From: Candidatus Kapaibacterium sp.
GTDB taxonomy: Bacteria; Bacteroidota; Ignavibacteria; Kapaibacteriales; UBA2268
DNA: 64,000 bases
Assembly (NCBI GenBank): GCA_963665665.1
Contig: OY762428.1
Span: 1,408,001-1,472,000, forward strand
Direction of reading: 5' to 3'
Shown here: positions 31,996 to 40,458 of the stretch, one piece after another
How the letters are laid out: every line of letters begins with the position of its first letter
Position numbering within the stretch: position 1 is the first letter of the stretch
Made by a program: the position numbers and the translations under genes
Notes under the pieces: model-generated
The model's input: the letters and a program-made list of their open reading frames with translations, nothing else
Database searches by the model: none
What the model was told of the DNA's origin: nothing

Positions 31996-33137
31996 AACCC
32001 ATATCCGAAAAACCTAAAAGAGTAATGTACTCCCCCAAAAAAGTTGACCTTACAATAACCGGAAAATGCAATCTTCGCTGCATATACTGCTTTCATTTCA
32101 ATAGTCCGGCGGATATTCCTAAAGATTTGACAACTGATGAATGGCTACAATTCTTTGAAGAACTAAACGCAGCAAATGTTCTCAGCGTAAGTGTCAGCGG
32201 TGGCGAAGCCTTTGTTCGCAAGGACTTCAATGAAATAATTGAAGGAATCGTACGAAACAGAATGCGCTTCAATATCCTTTCCAACGGAACTCTGATAACT
32301 GATGAAAAGGCTGAATTCCTTGCAAGTACTAAGCGCTGCGATTCCGTTCAGGTTTCTATTGACGGCCCGAATAGCAGTGTCCATGACCTTACCTGCGGGA
32401 CAGGTTCTTTCGAAAAGGCAGTCAGGGGACTCCAGGCATTAAAAAAATTTGGTATTAACCGTGCAGTAAGGCTGACGATAACCAAGCAGAACTACATGTA
32501 CTTAGAAGAAGCTGCCGATACTCTTCTCGGTGAACTTGGCCTGAGATCTTTCAGTACAAATTCGGCTTGTCCATTCGGTATGACGAAAAAGGATGCTGAA
32601 AACATCATGCTCGGACCTGATGAATTTGCCAAATCAATGGAATTGCATAGCCGGGTTATAAAAAAATATGGCAACAGAATATCAGCACAGGCAGGGCCTC
32701 TATCCTGCCACACTCATTGGAGTGAAAACGAGTATAAAGTAGAAAACAAGGTGGCTCCCAAACCGGGCGGAGGATACCTGACAAGCTGCGGAGGAGTTTT
32801 CAGCAAACTTTCTGTCAGGTCTGACGGTACAATAACTCCCTGCACTCAGATGCCCCATATTGAACTTGGCAGGATTAACCGGGATAATTTCCTGGATATC
32901 TGGCAAAATCATCCTGAACTGAAAAGGTTAAGAGAACGCAGGCTTATTCCGCTTTCTGATTTCGAGTATTGCCGGGATTGTAAATATATGCCTTATTGTC
33001 GGGGCGGGTGTCCTGCAAATGCTTATGAACTGCATGGTGATGAGAATCATCCGGTTTATTCAACTGACAGTTGTTATAAGAAGTTTCTTGAAGAAGGCGG
33101 TAAATTGCCTATAAAAGAAATTGAAGAAATTAAATAA
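31992..33137 (+). CDS. scmE: Radical SAM/SPASM peptide maturase (ScmE-like)
   Basis: CNLRCIYC, SGGE, QVSIDG; SPASM C...PC...CRDC.....CRGGCP. Confidence 0.88.
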   Translation: MKPISEKPKRVMYSPKKVDLTITGKCNLRCIYCFHFNSPADIPKDLTTDEWLQFFEELNAANVLSVSVSGGEAFVRKDFNEIIEGIVRNRMRFNILSNGTLITDEKAEFLASTKRCDSVQVSIDGPNSSVHDLTCGTGSFEKAVRGLQALKKFGINRAVRLTITKQNYMYLEEAADTLLGELGLRSFSTNSACPFGMTKKDAENIMLGPDEFAKSMELHSRVIKKYGNRISAQAGPLSCHTHWSENEYKVENKVAPKPGGGYLTSCGGVFSKLSVRSDGTITPCTQMPHIELGRINRDNFLDIWQNHPELKRLRERRLIPLSDFEYCRDCKYMPYCRGGCPANAYELHGDENHPVYSTDSCYKKFLEEGGKLPIKEIEEIK

Positions 33138-33163
33138 TCTGTGAAACTTAAAATATTAAATAG

Positions 33164-34339
33164 ATGTTTGAAACTAATGACCTATCGTGCACTGTACCTA
33201 ATAAATTATATCCAAAACCGGATTGCGGCTATTATCTTGGCTGTATTTATTTTTATATCCTTGAAGGTTGCAACCTGAAATGCAGGCACTGCTGGATTAA
33301 CCCTCCTTTTGAATCAGACAGCAAAAAGCCTAAATATCCATTCGTGGATATCGAACTTTTTAAGCATATCATAGAAGAGGCTACTCCACTTGGATTGAAC
33401 TCAGTGAAACTTACCGGCGGCGAACCACTTATCCATCCGGAAATTGAAAAAGTAATAAAACATGTTCATGAAAAGAACCTGAAATTAAATATTGAAACAA
33501 ACGGTGTTGCTATCACTCCTGCTTTGGCAAAATTAATTTTAGCTTCAAAGAAAAGAGTAAATCTTTCTGTCAGTATTGATTCTCACAAGCCGGAAGTTCA
33601 CGAATGGGTTCGCGGCGTTCCCGGATCATTCAATGATGCCGTACGCGGTGTGAAAACCATGGTGGCCGAAGGTTTCCATCCCCAGGTTATCATGTCTATC
33701 ATGAACAATACTTATAAGGACGTTGAAGGCCTTGTGCAGCTTGCCGAATCCATTGGTGCCGGCTCTGTAAAATTCAATCTGGTTACGCCCACAGCCCGCG
33801 GAGAAAAGATGCACGAACGCGGTGAAGTTCTTACAGTTGAGGAATTATTCAATCTCGGTAAATTTATCGAAGAAGAATTACAGCCGAAATCAAAGATCAG
33901 GCTGATATATTCATACCCACCGGCATTCAGGACGGTAAGAAATATTAAGCGAAGGCCTAATATTGCAGGCTGTGGGATATTCAGGATAATTGGCGTTCTT
34001 GGTACCGGAAAATATGCACTATGCGGAATTGGCGAAAGCCTTCCGGACTTTATATTCGGGGATGCGAAAACAGACAGCCTCAAAGAAGTCTGGAATAACA
34101 ACCCCATGTTGAACAGGATAAGGAAAGGCCTTCCATCCGAACTTACCGGAGTATGCTCTGACTGCATAATGAAACAGGGTTGCCTTGGTTCATGTATTGC
34201 AAATAATTACTATGATTCGGGAAATTTATTTGCACCTCACCGCTTCTGCCGTCTTGCTTATGAAGAAGGTTTCTTCCCGAAATCAAGGCTTGTACCAGGT
34301 AGCGAATATGATAAGAATTATTCAGAGATCAGAAAATAA
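33164..34339 (+). CDS. scmF: Radical SAM/SPASM peptide maturase (ScmF-like)
   Basis: IYFY...GCNLKCRHCWI, KLTGGEP, CGI...IGVL..G.YALCGIG, CSDC...CLGSCIANNY. Confidence 0.88.
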   Translation: MFETNDLSCTVPNKLYPKPDCGYYLGCIYFYILEGCNLKCRHCWINPPFESDSKKPKYPFVDIELFKHIIEEATPLGLNSVKLTGGEPLIHPEIEKVIKHVHEKNLKLNIETNGVAITPALAKLILASKKRVNLSVSIDSHKPEVHEWVRGVPGSFNDAVRGVKTMVAEGFHPQVIMSIMNNTYKDVEGLVQLAESIGAGSVKFNLVTPTARGEKMHERGEVLTVEELFNLGKFIEEELQPKSKIRLIYSYPPAFRTVRNIKRRPNIAGCGIFRIIGVLGTGKYALCGIGESLPDFIFGDAKTDSLKEVWNNNPMLNRIRKGLPSELTGVCSDCIMKQGCLGSCIANNYYDSGNLFAPHRFCRLAYEEGFFPKSRLVPGSEYDKNYSEIRK

Positions 34340-34405
34340 ACAAACCTTCCGAATATTCTGAATCTTAGGAAGGTTATACATCAAACTGAGAGAAAAAATT
34401 TTATA

Positions 34406-35314
34406 ATGCTCTACTATAAAGTATATAACCTGATTATCAAATCAGAAATGGAATTCCCTGAATTTAATTCCGTTTCTGCTGAACCTGTTGACAAGCCGGA
34501 TGTATTTATACATTTCGGCGAAGTTCGGGAAAGACTCCCCTACCCAACCAAACTTGGCGTTTGTTATACCTTGGGGAAAAATGTACTCCACCTGAATATC
34601 CCCGGTATAGCCCGATACCTGGTATGGAAAGGCAATGAGATAATTATTGATCCGGCAGAGGAAGCAGCAACTGATGCTGTCAGGTCTTTTATTTTCGATG
34701 CACCAATCAGTTGCATTATGCACCAGAGAAATATGCTGCCAGTTTACGGAGCCGCAATAAAAAATGGAGATCAGGCTTTTATGGTTATCGGAATTTCCGG
34801 CAACGGTAAATCCACAGCGGCCTTTGAACTGATTAAGCGTGGATATAAACTCATATCGGATGATATAAGCGTAATTTCTGATTTCGATGGGAAATTGACT
34901 GCCCTGCCCGCTTATCCATCAATAAAACTGCCTCTTGATACAATAAAAAGAGCGGATATGAATCCTGATGACTTTCCCACAATCAGGGATGGTATCGTTC
35001 AAAAAAGAATACCGGTAGATACAACAGATTTTTGTGATCAGCACCTTCCTATTGAAAAAATATATATTCTATCAGGTTGGAACAAAAGCGGTACTGAAAT
35101 AAAACAGCTTGAGGAAAATACAGCAAAATTCAACCTGCTTCATGATTCCATGCACAGGCAGTACCTGGCAGGTATGGGCGGAGGGTTTTCACTGGTAAAG
35201 ATCACGGCCAAACTGATGAGCACAATGCCGGCGGCACAGATTGTACATTCCAGGAATGTAAAAGATATCGACAAAATGATTGATATGATCGAGGAGGATT
35301 TGAAAAATGAATAA
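34406..35314 (+). CDS. HPr kinase-like P-loop protein (RiPP-cluster kinase type)
   Basis: YKVYNL.I.SE, GISGNGKST Walker A, LISDD, PAYPSIKL. Confidence 0.8.
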   Translation: MLYYKVYNLIIKSEMEFPEFNSVSAEPVDKPDVFIHFGEVRERLPYPTKLGVCYTLGKNVLHLNIPGIARYLVWKGNEIIIDPAEEAATDAVRSFIFDAPISCIMHQRNMLPVYGAAIKNGDQAFMVIGISGNGKSTAAFELIKRGYKLISDDISVISDFDGKLTALPAYPSIKLPLDTIKRADMNPDDFPTIRDGIVQKRIPVDTTDFCDQHLPIEKIYILSGWNKSGTEIKQLEENTAKFNLLHDSMHRQYLAGMGGGFSLVKITAKLMSTMPAAQIVHSRNVKDIDKMIDMIEEDLKNE

Positions 35315-36167
35315 CGTAACGTGGCTGGCCTCTTACCCCAAATCCGGAAACACCTGGACCAGGGCTTTCCTGACAGCCCTTATGGGCAATATCTGTGAAG
35401 TAAATATTAACGGCCTCGGCAATATTACTATAGCCTCGGCTATGCTGCCTTTTGAATTTGCAACCGGAGTAAGGGCATCCGACCTGACAGATGATGAGAT
35501 CGAAACACTCAGGCCCGAAGCTCACAGGTTTCTTGCAGAAATGAATGAAAATCATTATTTCCTGAAGGTACACGATGCCTACATCTATACTGCAAAAGAA
35601 GAACCAATGTTCCCCACGGACGCAACCCACAGTGCGGTATACCTCCTGCGAAACCCACTGGATGTGGCCGTTAGCTGGGCAAACCATAGTGGAATTACAA
35701 TTGAAAACTCCGTTAACCAGCTTTGCAATCCCAAACAGGCCTTATCCCAAACAGGCCCTGCCGGAAATATCGGAAACCAGCTAAGGCAAAGGATGTTTAC
35801 CTGGGGCGGACATGTGGAAAGCTGGATAAACGCTAAAGAGATAAAAGTACTTACTATTCGCTACGAGGATATGAAAGCAGATGCCGTCAGGGAATTCTCA
35901 AGGCTTGTTGACTTCACCGAACTCGGGAAAACGAAAGAAGAAATCATTGCCGCCGAAGAAGCCTGCCGTTTCGAAAAACTAAAAAAACAGGAAGAAGAAA
36001 AGGGCTTTCGCGAGAAGAGGGCCGGATGTGAAAACTTTTTTAATAAAGGGAAAACCGGCTACTGGAAAGATGAACTCACAGAAGAACAGGTAAAGAAAAT
36101 CATCGATACTAATTTCGATATGATGCTGAAATTCGGGTATATTGATGAGGATAGTGTTCCTGTTTAA
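35307..36167 (+). CDS. PAPS-dependent sulfotransferase
   Basis: WLASYPKSGNTW, KVH, YLLRNPLDVAVS, W..HVESW, RYEDM, FFNKG..G.W. Confidence 0.92.
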   Translation: MNNVTWLASYPKSGNTWTRAFLTALMGNICEVNINGLGNITIASAMLPFEFATGVRASDLTDDEIETLRPEAHRFLAEMNENHYFLKVHDAYIYTAKEEPMFPTDATHSAVYLLRNPLDVAVSWANHSGITIENSVNQLCNPKQALSQTGPAGNIGNQLRQRMFTWGGHVESWINAKEIKVLTIRYEDMKADAVREFSRLVDFTELGKTKEEIIAAEEACRFEKLKKQEEEKGFREKRAGCENFFNKGKTGYWKDELTEEQVKKIIDTNFDMMLKFGYIDEDSVPV

Positions 36168-36254
36168 CATTACATAGGATTTTATTTTTTATTTTTCATA
36201 ATTTTATTATTTTTAATAAATTATGGATTATCTTAATTCAAAGGAGTATTTAAG

Positions 36255-36494
36255 ATGGAAGAAACCAAAACAATACAATATTGCTCCCCGGAAGTAGTTG
36301 ATTTCAAGTGGATGGCTGTTTTAGGTGATTGTACTAATAATGGATCAGATCCGGGAGCATACTGTACTTCAAATGGAGGCATTGCAACGCAGGCATGCGA
36401 CTATAACGGATCTGGGGCTGTCGGAGGATGCGCTTCTAATGGTGCCAGTGCTACAACATGCGGGAACGGAGCCGGTACCGGCACCGGCGGATAA
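36255..36494 (+). CDS. RiPP precursor peptide 1 (79 aa; 11-mer CxxNG repeats)
   Basis: AAGGAG RBS; leader YCSPEVVDFKWM; core with five Cys. Confidence 0.85.
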   Translation: MEETKTIQYCSPEVVDFKWMAVLGDCTNNGSDPGAYCTSNGGIATQACDYNGSGAVGGCASNGASATTCGNGAGTGTGG

Positions 36495-36543
36495 ATTAAA
36501 TATCTCATGCTCCTCCACACAAGCTGCTGAAAATTATTTCCAG

Positions 36544-36578
36544 ACAACTCTGGAAAAATGATCATACCGGAGTTGTTT
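36544..36578 (+). terminator. Hairpin after precursor 1
   Basis: ACAACTCTGG...CCGGAGTTGT then TT. Confidence 0.45.
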
Positions 36579-36748
36579 ATTATTAACCTTGTACTTTAAA
36601 TTAACAATCAAGTATTAATATAATCAAATTTTTATTCTAATACATTTCACAATTACTCAAAACAACCAGTACTATCAAATTTTAATTGCAAAACTTCATC
36701 TTTTTCTTTATATTATTGATATAAATAATCTTATTAAGGAATATTATA

Positions 36749-36967
36749 ATGGATGAATTAGAAAAAATTCATTACTGCACTCCTGAAATAGTCGACTTTA
36801 AATGGATGAAAATATTTGGCGATTGTATATCCCATGGTACAGGGGATTCAACCCGGTGTTCTGCCAATGGGTCAACAGCAGGAGGTACAAAATCTGCAAC
36901 CAAAGGATGTACCAGTGTCGGTTTACTTGCAGATAATACCTGTAAAGCCGGACTAAAGGCTTTTTGA
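36749..36967 (+). CDS. RiPP precursor peptide 2 (72 aa)
   Basis: TAAGGA RBS; leader YCTPEIVDFKWM; four Cys in Cxx(x)G. Confidence 0.82.
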   Translation: MDELEKIHYCTPEIVDFKWMKIFGDCISHGTGDSTRCSANGSTAGGTKSATKGCTSVGLLADNTCKAGLKAF

Positions 36968-37020
36968 CCGATTATTAGAAACCGGTATAATTGCCTGAAT
37001 GATTATTTCGGTTTATTAAT

Positions 37021-38178
37021 TTACAACAAACCAACTTTTACGGATACCCCGAATTCTTCGCTGAGCTTAGAATAATTCTCGCCTGTTAGGTCGTCCCCGA
37101 ATCTGTCAAAGGGATTGTTTGGAAGAACAATATGGTCGATAGAAATTTTCTGGTCTTTATACTTTTCAAACGCCTTTATAAGTGCTTTCCTGAAGTCTTC
37201 AACCATTAACAGGCCTGAACAAATTATATTTCCTTCGTAGGTATAATTCTTTACACATTCCGAATAGTGATTGTTCGGCACAAAAGGCAGGTTTTTTTCA
37301 ATTATTTCTTTGCCCCTTGCGTATGCCGCTTCAGAAAACATCCAGAGAACATTTCTAAACCCCTTATTAAATGAGCCAATCATAAATTGATAAGGATCGA
37401 AATTCAAAGGTTTGTTCAAATCAGGACGTACATCCAGGTCGATTTTGTACTTCTTTCTCATTTTCGCAAAGAAATCACTCATTTCAACAAGATCAACATC
37501 CATTATCTCTTTTAGTTCAGGCCCCGCATTTTTGCTCCACCCGGGAAGATAAACCAATACTTTCTTCACATAGAACATCAGTGCCTGAATCGTTTTTTCA
37601 ATATCTTCATAACCTACCAGTTTCGGCAGCGGAACCATGGCGGCATCCACAAAGAAGCCTTCTTTCAAAAGCCTGTAAAAGGAATTCCGGGCTATTTGGA
37701 ATTTTTCTATCTTGTTTTTATAAATCCGGCTCCAGTTCCCGGGATTATCAGAGTGATAGGAGATAGTAAATTTCATTGGTTTAAAAGGCAGAAGCTCCTT
37801 TATAAATTCCTCTGTAAACAGGGTTCCGTTTGTATTAACCTGGATGACTCTGCCCGGAATTTTTTCGCGTATGAGCTTCAAAATAGTAAAAATGTCCGGA
37901 TGCAGAAGTGCCTCACCCTCGGATACTCTGCCCGGCAGGCTGTCCCCTATCCTGATATCGGCATTAGATTTTGTATCCAATATGGCAATACCCTTCTTAA
38001 TATCATCAAGTGAGCGAAAACCTTCCCTGTATATTTCAAATGGGTTCATATCGTTTGAACAGAAAAGACATTTGGCATTGCAAACAGAGGAAACAGGCAA
38101 TTGATTAGTATATCCGCCTGCAAGAGTTTCGTACATAAATTTACTTATCTCAATTCCGCCCATGATAATTCCTGACAA
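37021..38178 (-). CDS. Radical SAM protein with DUF512-like C-terminus (NifB/MoaA-related Fe-S oxidoreductase)
   Basis: CNAKCLFC, EGEALLHP, NTNG; C-terminal N..Y.GNI.CSGLL.VEDF, LP...FD..G.DL.G. Confidence 0.8.
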   Translation of the reverse strand: MSGIIMGGIEISKFMYETLAGGYTNQLPVSSVCNAKCLFCSNDMNPFEIYREGFRSLDDIKKGIAILDTKSNADIRIGDSLPGRVSEGEALLHPDIFTILKLIREKIPGRVIQVNTNGTLFTEEFIKELLPFKPMKFTISYHSDNPGNWSRIYKNKIEKFQIARNSFYRLLKEGFFVDAAMVPLPKLVGYEDIEKTIQALMFYVKKVLVYLPGWSKNAGPELKEIMDVDLVEMSDFFAKMRKKYKIDLDVRPDLNKPLNFDPYQFMIGSFNKGFRNVLWMFSEAAYARGKEIIEKNLPFVPNNHYSECVKNYTYEGNIICSGLLMVEDFRKALIKAFEKYKDQKISIDHIVLPNNPFDRFGDDLTGENYSKLSEEFGVSVKVGLL

Positions 38179-38401
38179 TAATACTATTCAAAGCCTGACA
38201 TATACTTCGCAACATATCTTTGGAATAAAATAAATAATTTTTTTTGCAGCAGCAAATTTATGTTTCCAGATAAAAAGAAAAAGTATTATTTGGTATTACT
38301 TCTTCAAACAAATTGCCATTTTAAATTTCCGCTACTAAATATCATCACAGGTTATTATTTTGTAAAAATTTTTGTTTTTGAATTTTCATAGGAACTTAGG
38401 G

Positions 38402-38593
38402 ATGGAAGGAACTGTGATATTATCTTATTGTACGCCTGAAGTTATTGATTTCAAGTGGATGGATTCAGTAGGCTTATGTAACCCCGGATCTGGGGACTCT
38501 TCAAATTGCTCTGATGGTAATGTTGCAAGTACGATTTGCAACCAGGGAAATACAGCAGGGGTTAATTGCTTTGTTGGCCCTGACTTTTCATAA
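38402..38593 (+). CDS. RiPP precursor peptide 3 (63 aa; 10-mer CxxG repeats)
   Basis: Leader YCTPEVIDFKWM; core CNPG, CSDG, CNQG, CFVG. Confidence 0.82.
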   Translation: MEGTVILSYCTPEVIDFKWMDSVGLCNPGSGDSSNCSDGNVASTICNQGNTAGVNCFVGPDFS

Positions 38594-38626
38594 TTAATTA
38601 TTGTTTTACAAATATTGAGTATTGTT

Positions 38627-38833
38627 ATGGAAGAGGCAGGAAGAATAAAATATTGCATACCGGAAGTTGTTGATTTCAGGTGGATGGGTGTTCTTGGTCA
38701 CTGTACAAATGGAACTTCCGCAGCTCATGCCGGAGGTTCGAATTGCTCTCAGGGAAGTAGTGCGGATTCAGTTTGTAATATTGGAAATGATGCATATAAC
38801 TGTGCTGCCAATGGTAATGTTGTTTCAAGTTAG
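38627..38833 (+). CDS. RiPP precursor peptide 4 (68 aa)
   Basis: Leader YCIPEVVDFRWM; core CTNG, CSQG, CNIG, CAANG. Confidence 0.82.
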   Translation: MEEAGRIKYCIPEVVDFRWMGVLGHCTNGTSAAHAGGSNCSQGSSADSVCNIGNDAYNCAANGNVVSS

Positions 38834-38924
38834 ATTCGTATCAATTAAAAAATTTCTGAATAATTGAATTAACAGATAAAATTCATTAATTTGGGTTTTA
38901 TCTGTTTTATTATTTAGATAAAGT

Positions 38925-39800
38925 ATGGAATATATTTTTAACCTGGCAAATGGCAGAAAATGGAAGCTAAAGTCATTATCCGAAAAAACTGATTTCGTAA
39001 CAGGAAATTATGCCCGTGTTTGTTCAATGAAAGAATCTTCAAACAACATCGACTGCGAAATTTCCTGTTTTGTGGATACAACTGAAGAAGTAAATGAATA
39101 TCGAAAGTACCATCCTGATTATATTGAAACCGGAAGAAAAGATTACGTTCGAATATTTTTCTCTCCCGATTATAAAGAAAGCATGGTATTCTTCAATCCG
39201 GAAAATCTTGATCACGAAAATCTGAAGTATTTATCTACAAATTATATTTCACGGGCATATCAGATACAGGCAATAAAAAACTACAAGGCTCTCCCCTGCC
39301 ATTGCGCACTGGTGGAAATTGAGGGCAAAGGCGCAGTGATCGGAGCCGTGGGTGATTGCGGAAAATCCACTTGCGCTACAAGGCTCCCCCATCCACACAA
39401 GGCCCTTGCCGATGATTATGCAATGATATTTCCCGTGAACGGGGATCTGATTGCACAGGCCATGCCCACCTGGAGCGTTTTCATAGGGGGCGACAGGGAT
39501 TACCGGGCAAACTGTTCTCAATCAACAATGGTAAAATCATTTTTCTTCCTTAAACAAAGTAAAACTGACTATGTAGAACGCACCAACGGAGTAATAGCCC
39601 ACCAGCATTTGAACAATAATTTTCAGGATCTGCTTGCCCTGAGGGTTTTGAAGGACCAACCTGAAGGCTTTGGCGAGGAAATACGCACTAAGATATTCGA
39701 TATGGCCGGGAAAATATCCGGGAAGTGGCCTACTTATTTTCTTCATGCCACACTTCATGGTGATTTCTGGAATAAAATGAATGAAGTGATGGAGGAATAA
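38925..39800 (+). CDS. scmC: SynChlorMet cassette protein ScmC-like (HprK-related P-loop)
   Basis: LANG..W, LPCHCALVEIEGKGAVIGA.GDCGKSTCA.RLP....ALADD, PTWS, GDFW. Confidence 0.82.
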   Translation: MEYIFNLANGRKWKLKSLSEKTDFVTGNYARVCSMKESSNNIDCEISCFVDTTEEVNEYRKYHPDYIETGRKDYVRIFFSPDYKESMVFFNPENLDHENLKYLSTNYISRAYQIQAIKNYKALPCHCALVEIEGKGAVIGAVGDCGKSTCATRLPHPHKALADDYAMIFPVNGDLIAQAMPTWSVFIGGDRDYRANCSQSTMVKSFFFLKQSKTDYVERTNGVIAHQHLNNNFQDLLALRVLKDQPEGFGEEIRTKIFDMAGKISGKWPTYFLHATLHGDFWNKMNEVMEE

Positions 39801-39804
39801 AGCC

Positions 39805-40413
39805 ATGCAGCGAATTACCGATTACGACTATACCGGCCCCAGTATGAAGCGGGTTTTCAAACCCGCCGACGGCCTGATTATTGATCAGAATACTGATTTC
39901 AATGCTCTAAAACCCGGGGATATAATAAATTTTAAACCACCCGGAAATATTCATCATATTGTTCACCGTATAATAAAAAAAACAGCGGAAGGATATATTA
40001 CCCGTGGCGATAATAACAGCGGTCCCGATCCATATATTATTACCCCGGAATTCAATCCCAGTCTGGTTGTTGCTATTCGCCGCGGAAAAAAAGACATAAA
40101 ACTATACCGTGGAAAGATTGGAGTGATGATACATCATAAAAACCTGATGTTAAAGAAACTGCAGGTCTATACTAAATCCCCTTTGAAAAGAATATTGGAT
40201 AGAATTTCAGATGCCGGTATATTTTATAAACTCCATTTGTATGACAACAAAATTGAAGTTAAGCAATACAGAAATAACAATTTCTCGCAGAAAATCCTTT
40301 TCCTTGGAAAAAAGCAGATTGGACGGAAGATTCAATCCGAAGAATGGAATATCCGGCAACCGTGGCGGCTTTTCATTGATCCGAAAATTCTGGATGAGGC
40401 AAACCAAAAATGA
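39805..40413 (+). CDS. S24/S26-family peptidase (putative leader peptidase)
   Basis: YTGPSM (catalytic Ser), PGDII.F, IVHRII, TRGDNN..PD. Confidence 0.82.
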   Translation: MQRITDYDYTGPSMKRVFKPADGLIIDQNTDFNALKPGDIINFKPPGNIHHIVHRIIKKTAEGYITRGDNNSGPDPYIITPEFNPSLVVAIRRGKKDIKLYRGKIGVMIHHKNLMLKKLQVYTKSPLKRILDRISDAGIFYKLHLYDNKIEVKQYRNNNFSQKILFLGKKQIGRKIQSEEWNIRQPWRLFIDPKILDEANQK

Positions 40414-40438
40414 GGCCGCGAAAATCCAGGCCTCATTT
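40408..40438. terminator. Bidirectional terminator between convergent genes
   Basis: AAATGAGGCC...GGCCTCATTT. Confidence 0.7.
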
Positions 40439-40458
40439 ATTCTGTCACTATTAAAGTA

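Noticed and set aside
31720-40413. Lasso peptide or PQQ biosynthesis cluster
   Set aside because: No asparagine-synthetase-like cyclase, transglutaminase-like B protease or PqqA/B/C; the precursors are Cys-rich and paired with SPASM enzymes.
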